Virus record (IMG/VR): IMGVR_UViG_3300048833_000443
Location: 1 to 57,628 of that record
Source: a virus
Taxonomy: Duplodnaviria; Caudoviricetes
Length of the DNA stretch: 57,628 bases
Strand: one strand, 5' to 3'
The position numbers were made by a program, and so were the translations under genes. Shown here one piece after another: positions 17,251 through 26,063 of this stretch (position 1 is its first letter; each line of letters opens with the position of its first letter). Below the pieces are notes generated by a model, which was not told the DNA's origin, searched no databases, and saw only the letters and a list, made by a program, of their open reading frames with translations.

Positions 17251-18486
17251 TCACCGTTCGCTGGTGGCTGCCCGGAACGCGTTGGTGCAGTCGTAGGTCC
17301 ACTCACGCTCACCCGTCGGCTCACCCGGGTAGGTGGACGGGTTGCCCTCCAGAGCGCGTCGGATCCACGTGCCGATCCACTCACCGCAGTCCACCGGGAT
17401 GCCCTTGCCCCACGTGAGACGAAGACCGCTGGCACGCTCGAGTGGACGGATGCGCCAGTCGTCCGGGAACCCTTGGATGCGAGCGACCTCACGGTGAGTC
17501 AGGGTGCGATCCTCCGTGGGGTGCATGATGAGGTCGAGGCCGCCGCCGGTCACCACACGAGCCATCTTGTCACCACGCCACCGGATCATCTGGTTGTAGC
17601 CCATCATCCAGTCCTTGGCGATGAGCTTCTCCAGCATCGTTGGACCCCACGACTCGGGCAACGTGCCGTGAGCCTCGTAGTAGCGCTTCGCCACGGTGGA
17701 GATGATCTCCTTCTGACCCCACGTGATGTCCTCGCTGTGAAGAAGGTCGAGGGCACGGCCGATCGCAGGAGTACGACGCCACTGGACGCCGCACACGGCG
17801 CCGGTCACCGAGCGACGCGGTCGACTCCACCACGTGGGTGGGCGGCGGTACGGCTGCTTCTCCCAGGTGGACTCCAGGCCTTCGAGGTCGCCGATGACGT
17901 CCATGAGCGTCGGCACCCGAGTGACCTCGACCGGGTCGATGCCGAACGGGATGCGGGACACGACCCAGAAGTAGCGCTTGCGAATCGCCGCACCGCCGAG
18001 CGATGCGTTGTTGTGTAGCACGTGGTGGAGGTTCCACTGCATGCCCGTGTCGTACTCGAGCTTGGCGCGCAGGTTCTGCATCAGCTCCCGCCCGCCGCCC
18101 TTCTCGGAGTAGGCCTGCCCCACCGACTCGAACACCGCGATGTACGGCTGCGTCCGAGCAACGAACCACTCGAAGGCCCACATGCAGTGGTTCACCGGGG
18201 AGTCGGCGCCACGGAAGTCCTTCCTCGAGAGGAGGCTGAACCCAGAGCACGGCGGGTTGCCGAACACGACGTGCGCCGGGATCGGCGTCCAGTCCTCTCC
18301 GGTTCCGGTCGAGACGTCGGCCTCCCAGTCGTAGCCAAGGAGCTCACGGTTGGCTTCGCAGTTCGCAACGCCGAAGCCTCCCTTCATCTCCTTCTTGCCA
18401 ACGAGCTTGAAGCCGGCTCTCACCATGCCGAGGGTGAACCCGCCGGCGAATGCTTGGCAGTCCACAGCGTGGAACTGGTCCGTCAT
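17251..18486 (-). CDS. C5-cytosine DNA methyltransferase-fold protein with atypical motifs
   Basis: Motif IV GNPPCSGFS, VI ESV, VIII RKRYF, IX HPTEDRTLTHREVARIQGFPDDW, X GKGIPV. Confidence 0.9.
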   Translation of the reverse strand: MTDQFHAVDCQAFAGGFTLGMVRAGFKLVGKKEMKGGFGVANCEANRELLGYDWEADVSTGTGEDWTPIPAHVVFGNPPCSGFSLLSRKDFRGADSPVNHCMWAFEWFVARTQPYIAVFESVGQAYSEKGGGRELMQNLRAKLEYDTGMQWNLHHVLHNNASLGGAAIRKRYFWVVSRIPFGIDPVEVTRVPTLMDVIGDLEGLESTWEKQPYRRPPTWWSRPRRSVTGAVCGVQWRRTPAIGRALDLLHSEDITWGQKEIISTVAKRYYEAHGTLPESWGPTMLEKLIAKDWMMGYNQMIRWRGDKMARVVTGGGLDLIMHPTEDRTLTHREVARIQGFPDDWRIRPLERASGLRLTWGKGIPVDCGEWIGTWIRRALEGNPSTYPGEPTGEREWTYDCTNAFRAATSER

Positions 18487-18683
18487 GACACGTCCTCATC
18501 TCTCCATTCGTACCAGACCTCTCCTGAGGCCTGGAAGCAGTGGTGCGCCGGGTCACCTTGCTGCGCGTGATCGAACCGGCGGTGACACTTGCCTCGGGTC
18601 GATTCTGCCACGCATCGGCTGCCGATCGAATCCAAGGGATCCGGGCCCGGGTCTTGGATCCGACGCGGCTCCGGCAGCGTCAC
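18483..18683 (-). CDS. Small Cys/His protein in the modification operon
   Basis: Overlapping start and stop at both ends; C...C...H...HH. Confidence 0.55.
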   Translation of the reverse strand: MTLPEPRRIQDPGPDPLDSIGSRCVAESTRGKCHRRFDHAQQGDPAHHCFQASGEVWYEWRDEDVS

Positions 18684-19195
18684 GTTGCGCCGTCCTGGTA
18701 CACGTAGCCGCAGGGGCAGTACTCAACGGCGTCGCTGCTGTCGGTGATCGGGTCGAAACGCGACGTGGTCTTCCGATCACGCTTGCAGATCGGGCACTTG
18801 TCCAAGCCGGTGTACCCCTCCGCCTGGCGGTCGGCGTTCACGTTCCGCTTCTCCATGTAGCGGTCAGCGAACCACTGGGCGAGAGCCTCCATGTCCATCT
18901 GGCCGTCGGAGGTGGACGCGACATCGACGCCGGAGACCGTGAGCATGATGTTCATGAAGAAGTGCCAGGCATCCACCATCTCCTTCATCGCCGCCGCGTG
19001 GTCCACGTGGTTGCTCGACGCCCAGGGCTTCCAGCCGGTCTCCTGGAGCATCTCCATGAGCTCGTCGATCAGCGCGAGGACGTTCCAGCGAAGGAACTCC
19101 ATGCGCTCCTCCGGCAGCATCCGCGTGGGATCCTTCCCGAAGGACTCACGCTGCAGCTTGAGCTGCGCGACGAGCATGTCAGCCATGTCGGTCAT
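18680..19195 (-). CDS. All-alpha (dimeric dUTPase/MazG superfamily) dCTP/dUTP pyrophosphatase with C-terminal Zn ribbon
   Basis: DELMEMLQETGWKPW...KEMVDAWHFF...YMEKRNVN..RQ..GY; CPIC...CPC. Confidence 0.85.
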   Translation of the reverse strand: MTDMADMLVAQLKLQRESFGKDPTRMLPEERMEFLRWNVLALIDELMEMLQETGWKPWASSNHVDHAAAMKEMVDAWHFFMNIMLTVSGVDVASTSDGQMDMEALAQWFADRYMEKRNVNADRQAEGYTGLDKCPICKRDRKTTSRFDPITDSSDAVEYCPCGYVYQDGAT

Positions 19196-19197
19196 GA

Positions 19198-20172
19198 TCA
19201 GGCTCCCGTCAGCTCGTCGTACACCCAGCGGTAGGTACGGGCGAGCCCGTCCTCGAGCGCGATGCTTGGCGACCAGCCGAGGTGCTGCTCGATGAGCTCG
19301 TTGTCGCTGTTGCGACCACGCACGCCGAGCGGCCCGTCGATGTACCGCCGTTCGAGGCGGACGCCGGCGATGCCCTCAACGATCGTGACGAGCTCGTTGA
19401 TCGTGACCATCCGATCGGAGCCGAGGTTGATCGGCTCGATGACATCGGACTCGATGAGGCGGATGGTGCCTTCGACGCAGTCGTCCACGTACATGAATGA
19501 ACGGGTCTGCTCGCCGTCGCCCCAGATGTCGATGGTGTGGTCTCCCGACAGCACCGCCTGGGCGACCTTCCGGCAGATTGCCGCAGGAGCCTTCTCCCGG
19601 CCGCCGTCGTAGGTGCCGAGGTCGCCGTACACGTTGTGGTACCGCGCCACGTGGCAGGTGGTGGAGGTCTCTTCGGTGATGTGGCCGCAGAGCCGCTCAC
19701 CGAACAGCTTCTCCCAGCCGTACCCGTCCTCGGGATCGGCGGGATACGCGTCACGCTCCTTGAGCCCGGGGATCTGCGCCTCGTCCTGGCGGTACGAGGG
19801 GTACACGCAAGCCGACGACGCGTAGAACACGTCGGGCACCTCAGCCTCCATCGCCGCCACCAGCGCGGCGGTGGTGGTCCTGGTCGTGAGCATGCACGCC
19901 AGCTTGTTCGTCTCGATGAAGCCCATGCCGCCCATGTCGGCGGCGAGGATGAAGACCCGCTCCGCGTCGTGGCTCAGGCTCTTGAGGAAGTCGAAGTTCC
20001 CCGGGTCCCCGACGTCGAACTCCTCGACCTGCAGGTCGCCGACGCGCTGGTGCCACTCCTCAAGCGGCTTCACGTCGGCGGTGACCACATGGTCACCTCG
20101 GTTCTTGAGCTCTCGGGAGAGGTGGCCTCCGATGAAGCCACCTCCTCCGAGAACGAGCGATGACGTGCTCAT
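19198..20172 (-). CDS. GDP-mannose 3,5-epimerase-like extended SDR
   Basis: GGGGFIG, LAADMGGMGFI, SSACVYP, YGWEK, GGREKAPAAICRK, WGDGEQTRSF, GVRGRNSDN. Confidence 0.9.
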   Translation of the reverse strand: MSTSSLVLGGGGFIGGHLSRELKNRGDHVVTADVKPLEEWHQRVGDLQVEEFDVGDPGNFDFLKSLSHDAERVFILAADMGGMGFIETNKLACMLTTRTTTAALVAAMEAEVPDVFYASSACVYPSYRQDEAQIPGLKERDAYPADPEDGYGWEKLFGERLCGHITEETSTTCHVARYHNVYGDLGTYDGGREKAPAAICRKVAQAVLSGDHTIDIWGDGEQTRSFMYVDDCVEGTIRLIESDVIEPINLGSDRMVTINELVTIVEGIAGVRLERRYIDGPLGVRGRNSDNELIEQHLGWSPSIALEDGLARTYRWVYDELTGA

Positions 20173-21200
20173 GTGATGATCCTTTCGATGTCGATGACCC
20201 AGGCGTCGAAGGCCTCGCGGGTCTTGGTTGGGATGACGGTGGATGGGAGGCCGCGCAGCGCGTCGTACGCCTGCGTCATGCACGTGAGGACGTCCATGGA
20301 GTCGTACGAGACGTCCCGCAAGACGTCGGTGACCTGCTGCGTGTAGCGGTAGCCGTGGAGCTCGTTGTCGAGGTCGACCAGGAGGTCGTGGTCGTTGCGG
20401 TCTTGCCGGACGAACGGCGGGCCGTAGTGGACGGCGAACCCGAGGTGGTCCATGACGGAGCGCGCGAGGTAGCTCGCCCAGATGTCGTCGAACCGTCCGA
20501 CGCCGGGCCAGCACATCATGAGAGGCGCCAAGCTCGCGCGCCATCCTGTGTTCTGGCTGTTGAAGGGGCACCACGTGCCAGGCTGCACGACGATCCCGTG
20601 GAGGGCATGTGGCGCGTAGTGCGTGACGTGCGGTCGGCACGCCAGCCGTTCGATGGCGTCGATGTCCGGGTCGCCCAGCCACAGGCCGGCGACGACACCA
20701 ACCGGTGCCCGCTGGTCGTGCGGCTTGAGATCGCTGAACACGAACCGATCACGCATGGTGAGGGGAAAGCCGCGATGGAAGACGGGCGGTGAGGCGACGC
20801 CGCCGACGTTCCACCAGTCGAGCTGCTCGTCCACCATCCACTGTGCCTCGCCTTGGAGCGCGAGCAGCACCTCGTGGAAGTACACCTCCGGAGCGAGTGG
20901 GATGTTGTCGTCATCGACCGTGACGATGGTGTGCGCTCCTCGGGCGATGGCTTCGAGGATGGCGACGTTGCGTCGCTGGATCGAGCGCCACCCGATCGCT
21001 TCGGACGATGCCCAGGAGGTCTGCTGCTCTGGGCGAAGGTACACGTTCTCACCTGGGAGACGCTTGAGCGTGTGCTCGATGTCGTCGTGCGGGGAGATGG
21101 TGTCGCCGGTGACGATGATCACGTCACCGTCTTGGAGCCCTCGTCGGTAGTCCGCCAAGACCGTCGGGTCGTTGATGGTGGTCGTGATCAGTGCCTTCAT
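20169..21200 (-). CDS. GT75 / reversibly glycosylated polypeptide (UDP-arabinopyranose mutase/STELLO-like) protein
   Basis: TVDDDN, HRGFP, GLWLGDPDIDA, PFNSQNT, GRFDDIWAS. Confidence 0.8.
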   Translation of the reverse strand: MKALITTTINDPTVLADYRRGLQDGDVIIVTGDTISPHDDIEHTLKRLPGENVYLRPEQQTSWASSEAIGWRSIQRRNVAILEAIARGAHTIVTVDDDNIPLAPEVYFHEVLLALQGEAQWMVDEQLDWWNVGGVASPPVFHRGFPLTMRDRFVFSDLKPHDQRAPVGVVAGLWLGDPDIDAIERLACRPHVTHYAPHALHGIVVQPGTWCPFNSQNTGWRASLAPLMMCWPGVGRFDDIWASYLARSVMDHLGFAVHYGPPFVRQDRNDHDLLVDLDNELHGYRYTQQVTDVLRDVSYDSMDVLTCMTQAYDALRGLPSTVIPTKTREAFDAWVIDIERIIT

Positions 21201-22501
21201 CGCTGGATCCCCATTCGTTGTTCGATCAGCTGCGCGTACCGCAGCTCCTCCGACGCAGCGTCGTAGAGACGCCGCTGCGCTCCTGCGAGCCACTCCCAGG
21301 TGTCTCGGCTGGTCGATACCGCCGCGATCCGCTTGGAGAGCTGCTCAGGGTCTTCTACCCGCAGCCACATGGCGAGGCTCGCGAGCTCATCATCGATGAC
21401 CTCTCCCTTCCTCACTTGGGCCAGCGTCGGGATGATGTGGCCCTGCGTGTCGTACTGCGGATGGAAGAAGCACACCGTGCCGGTCCCGAAGGCCTGCCAC
21501 GGCTTGGTCGTCGCCCAGCCCGAGCCGGACGAGGGCGTGGTGAAGGTTGCTGCAACCGATCGGAGTCGGTCGTAGTACACCTCGGAGGGCGCAGGCTCAA
21601 TGGACACGCCGAGCTCGGCTTGGCGCTCGGCGGGCCACTTCCCGTGGATGAACGCCGGCTGCTGCGGCAGCACCCAGTCGCGCATGGCGTCGAACCGGTT
21701 GTGCTTGACGTACGCCCGGGCCTCGTTGATGAAGAGCCCGAAGTGCTGCCGCCCCTCGAACGGTCCCATCTCCGTGGGCACGTGCTCAGGCGTGATGCCG
21801 CAGATCTCGAGGCGGGAGTACACGTAGCGCTGGGCAGACCTCCACACGTGTGGGTCGAGCTGCTCAGCTTCGAACCCGCACTCGGCCGGCGTGCGGGTGT
21901 CGGTGTATCGCTCCTGCTTGTCCTTGCGGGTGAAGTCGTACTGCCCGAGCACGGGATGGCGCAGCGGCCACTTGAGGTCCCGGGCCTTGATGTAGTTGCG
22001 AGGATCGGGGCAGAGCCAGATCTCCTCACGGGTCAGCGGGTCCTCCTGCCGGAAGGCGTTGATGCCTCGGACGATGTAAGACGCGTAGCGGACGAACGAG
22101 TCTTGCGGGTTGGTGACCTTCTCCCAGCCGGCACCCACGACCGGGATCGGCGTGTTGCTTGTGCCGTGCTGGCCGGTCCAGACGATGAGGTGATCCATCG
22201 AACGGAACCAGTCGAGCGTGAGCTCGTCGTGAACGGCGATGATGGTGGCGTGATCGGCGCCCTTCGTGCGGTCGCGAACGATGTCACGCCACGCAGTCCA
22301 CGGGTTGATGACGTTGGGCGGCATGCCCACGGTCGCCGGGTCTTCGCCGGAGTTGCGGCCGAGGATGTAGAACTCCACGTCCGGGTTCCGACGAGCGAGC
22401 GTCTTGAGGGTCAGCGGCGGCTCATCGTCGCCACCGACGGTTCCGAAGTTGTTCGGGTCGAGCGGCATGTTCCGCCCGATCTTGGCGTATCCTACGCGCA
22501 A
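21197..22501 (-). CDS. Putative DNA-base glycosyltransferase (GT-B fold, T4 beta-glucosyltransferase-like)
   Basis: TTG start with RBS GAAAGGA; LCPDPR; C-terminal WATTKPWQAF...FFHPQYDTQGHII...LRVEDPEQLSKRI...QRRL resembles the BGT C-terminus as I recall it; sugar-enzyme context. Confidence 0.65.
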   Translation of the reverse strand: MRVGYAKIGRNMPLDPNNFGTVGGDDEPPLTLKTLARRNPDVEFYILGRNSGEDPATVGMPPNVINPWTAWRDIVRDRTKGADHATIIAVHDELTLDWFRSMDHLIVWTGQHGTSNTPIPVVGAGWEKVTNPQDSFVRYASYIVRGINAFRQEDPLTREEIWLCPDPRNYIKARDLKWPLRHPVLGQYDFTRKDKQERYTDTRTPAECGFEAEQLDPHVWRSAQRYVYSRLEICGITPEHVPTEMGPFEGRQHFGLFINEARAYVKHNRFDAMRDWVLPQQPAFIHGKWPAERQAELGVSIEPAPSEVYYDRLRSVAATFTTPSSGSGWATTKPWQAFGTGTVCFFHPQYDTQGHIIPTLAQVRKGEVIDDELASLAMWLRVEDPEQLSKRIAAVSTSRDTWEWLAGAQRRLYDAASEELRYAQLIEQRMGIQR

Positions 22502-22527
22502 GGTGTCGTCCTTTCATCGTGGCCGAA

Positions 22528-22564
22528 GCCAGGAGGGGGCAGGGGAACGAACCCCCCTCCTGGC
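22528..22564 (-). terminator. 12-bp-stem hairpin between the SSB-like gene and the modification operon
   Basis: GCCAGGAGGGGG...CCCCCTCCTGGC. Confidence 0.6.
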
Positions 22565-22591
22565 GAACGGACCAGCCGAAGTGCCTTCGTG

Positions 22592-23451
<860 letters not shown>

Positions 23452-23455
<4 letters not shown>

Positions 23456-24216
23456 GGGTTCTCGACCTCCTGGGTCGGTTTGGTGGGCAGCTGTTGCTGC
23501 TGTGGGTACACGGTCGCCAGCATGGTGGAGATGTTGGGCTCGTCGACGACCTCTCCGAGCCTTCCTTGGACGCGCTCGCCAGCCTCGAACTCAGGGTGCG
23601 GGCTGATGAGCAATCGGCGGATCTTCCGCACGGGGTTGGTGGGATCGTCGGTGGGGACTTCCTGCACGAACAGGTACCCGACGATGTCCATCCAGTAGGG
23701 CAATGCGATGGTGATCTGGCCCTGCATGTACGGGACCCACTTGCCCTTGCTGTTCTCACGGGTCTCGGCGACGAACATCACGACCTGGATCGGAGCGGTC
23801 GGATGCAAGGTCAGATCACGGAACCCTCGGATGAGGTTGTCCATCTTGGACAGCAGGACGCCCCAGTCCTGCATCTTCATGGCCTCCGTCCCGACCAGCT
23901 GGGCCTTGCACTTCCGCTGGACCTCCGAGATGGAGTCGAGGCTCAGGCTTCGGAAGCTGTGCCCGCCGTGCTGGAGCCACGCGTACACCTGCTGCATCGT
24001 GTCGAACGACAGGACGTTCACAACGCAGATGTCCCAGGTGTCATCCCACACCGGCGGGCCCGACACCATCGGGTCCCACAGGGTCTTCCGACCCGGGATG
24101 AACTTGCTGCTGCCCTCGGCATCGAGGATCAGCATGGGCTTGGGCGCACTGGCGGTCAGGGTGGTCTTGCCAACCTTCGACCCAGCGTGGATCAGGATGG
24201 AGAGCGTCTCGAGCAT
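23452..24216 (-). CDS. AAA_24 / Sak4-like ATPase (recombinase)
   Basis: Walker A AGSKVGKTT, LILDAEGS, Walker B LSLDSISE. Confidence 0.85.
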
Positions 24217-24506
24217 CAGTCCTCGAACCGCTCGGTCTTCGGCCGCTTGGCGACGAACGCCAGGCCGCCACGAGTGAGCACCCGCTTGACGTCGTTGATG
24301 TTGGCGCCCGGCGCGGTGTACGTGACCACCGCGTCGCACACGCCGGACGACGCGCTGATGTTGATGAGCTCGCCGGTGAACTTGTCCGACGCCTCGGTGA
24401 TGATGGTCTCGAAGTCGTCGATGTTCTCCTCGTTGATCACGATGGGGACCGTGACCTTCTGGAGCTTCTTCTTCGAGCCTTCGGTGCTATTGGTGAACTG
24501 TCCCAT
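24216..24506 (-). CDS. Hypothetical protein
   Basis: RBS GAGGAG; TGATG overlap. Confidence 0.7.
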   Translation of the reverse strand: MGQFTNSTEGSKKKLQKVTVPIVINEENIDDFETIITEASDKFTGELINISASSGVCDAVVTYTAPGANINDVKRVLTRGGLAFVAKRPKTERFED

Positions 24507-24512
24507 GGTGGG

Positions 24513-26063
24513 CTACTCCTCATCCTTGCGGTCGAGGTCATCCTCGTACCGCTTGTGCGGGTTGATGACGACGAGGTTCTCGGTGATGTAGTCCTCCACG
24601 CGACTCCCGTCGTCGAACATCGTGCAGAGGTGGAAGAAGTCGCAGTCCCAGGTGCACTGCGACATGGGGTTGGGGTACGCCACCTGGTTGGCGTCCATGC
24701 CGGCGTCGAGCCGGCGCTTGGTCTCGAGGAGGTCCATGATCTCCCCGGTGATGCGGACGTAGTACGACCGCAGCACGTTGATGGAGTGGCGAACCTCGAC
24801 GCGATCGAAGAAGGGTGGCTTGGCAGTGCCGGTCCGCTTGACCTTGCGGAGCATGTTGTAGAGGCCACCGTCCGTGCGCTCCCCGCCATCGGCGCCGGAG
24901 GCCAGCAGGCCCAGCCACTCGAGCAGGTGGTAGTGCATCATCTGCTCGTCCATGTGCAGCGTCTTCATGGGCGTCGTGAGGTTGCCCACCGTCTTGTGAT
25001 CGACGAACAGCCGAGCGCCGTCGGTCGTCCGTCGGATGCGCACATCGAGCTTGCCCAGGAGAGCGATCTGCTCGCCCTGCGGCCCGGTCAAGTCGATCGG
25101 GACCAGCACCCTGGACTCCGGCGCGACCACCTCGAGGAACTGATCGACGCCGGTCTCGGCGAGCCACTCGATGTACCCCTCCACCATGGCCCGGCAGAGA
25201 TCGGCCTGCTTGTCGAACTCGTCGAGCTGGTCCTGCATCGGCTGCGTTCCTAGCAGGAGGTCGCGATCCTCCTTGAGCACGGTCTCGAGCGTCTCCAGCG
25301 GGTTCGCTGGGGTCTCGCCCGCCGGCACGTAGTACGCCTGCAGAGCGCGATGGACGCGGGTGCCGATCGAACGGACGCCGATGAACTCCGGCGTCGGCAG
25401 CCCGAGGCTGCGGTAGTAGCCCAGGTACCACTTGCGCCGGCAGCGCTTGTACGTCCGCAGCTCCGAGTTGGAGAAGGCGTACATCCCCTCCGGGATGTCG
25501 AAGGAAGGCTCGGCGGGTGCGGCCTCGGCGGAGTCCTCCGCAGCGCTGGGTGGCGCCGGGTCGGAGTCCGGGGCCGCACCCGCCTCGCCGGCGGGGGGAC
25601 CACCGGCGGCGGGAGGACCACCGGCGGCGGGAGGCGTGCCGATGTGGCTGCCGAGCTTGTTGGGCGTGGCGGCGACGTGGCCGCAGACGCAGGTCTTGCC
25701 TTCGGGATCGTTGGGGCACACGCCGTGCGACACGATGTCCTCGGGGTCGACGATGGTGTCCTCGACCTCATCCTCGCTCAGGGCGTGGATGTCACCCCCG
25801 GGGTTGGGCTGCGCCGCCGGCGCGTTAGGCTCCGGTGCCGTGGTGCCGTCCGAGCTGGACGCGCTTCCCTCCCCGGGGGTGACGTGCGGCGCGAGCGCCG
25901 CGATCTCATCGGGCCGAGGATCTCGACCCTTCTCGATGTTGCTGATCTTCGCAGGCGTCAGCCCGGTCAGCTCAGCGAACGCTTGACGTGACATCTTCCG
26001 CCGCTTGCGTGCGGCTTCGACGTCGGCTCCTGTGATGGACACGGTGGTGGTTCCTTCCGTCAT
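24513..26063 (-). CDS. Cas4/RecB-like PD-(D/E)xK exonuclease with N-terminal XRE HTH
   Basis: SNSEL..YKRCRRKW, GTRVH, GKLD, VDHKT, Q..HY, CTWDCDFFHLC; N-terminal MSRQAFAELTGLTPAKISNIEKG. Confidence 0.9.
   Translation of the reverse strand: MTEGTTTVSITGADVEAARKRRKMSRQAFAELTGLTPAKISNIEKGRDPRPDEIAALAPHVTPGEGSASSSDGTTAPEPNAPAAQPNPGGDIHALSEDEVEDTIVDPEDIVSHGVCPNDPEGKTCVCGHVAATPNKLGSHIGTPPAAGGPPAAGGPPAGEAGAAPDSDPAPPSAAEDSAEAAPAEPSFDIPEGMYAFSNSELRTYKRCRRKWYLGYYRSLGLPTPEFIGVRSIGTRVHRALQAYYVPAGETPANPLETLETVLKEDRDLLLGTQPMQDQLDEFDKQADLCRAMVEGYIEWLAETGVDQFLEVVAPESRVLVPIDLTGPQGEQIALLGKLDVRIRRTTDGARLFVDHKTVGNLTTPMKTLHMDEQMMHYHLLEWLGLLASGADGGERTDGGLYNMLRKVKRTGTAKPPFFDRVEVRHSINVLRSYYVRITGEIMDLLETKRRLDAGMDANQVAYPNPMSQCTWDCDFFHLCTMFDDGSRVEDYITENLVVINPHKRYEDDLDRKDEE

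Noticed and set aside
19198-20682. Long Arg-rich N-terminal extensions in the ORF track (epimerase, PolA, esterase, TerL, scaffold and others)
   Set aside because: They overlap upstream genes; downstream starts with an RBS or ATGA/GTGA/TGATG coupling fit better
17251-22501. 5mC-TET-glycosyltransferase, 7-deazaguanine or PurZ pathways
   Set aside because: I recognised no TET/JBP dioxygenase, Que/DpdA or PurZ motifs anywhere in the genome
24513-26063. Cas4-like gene as evidence of a CRISPR-Cas system
   Set aside because: No other cas genes or array; it sits in the standard exonuclease-ATPase-SSB recombination module
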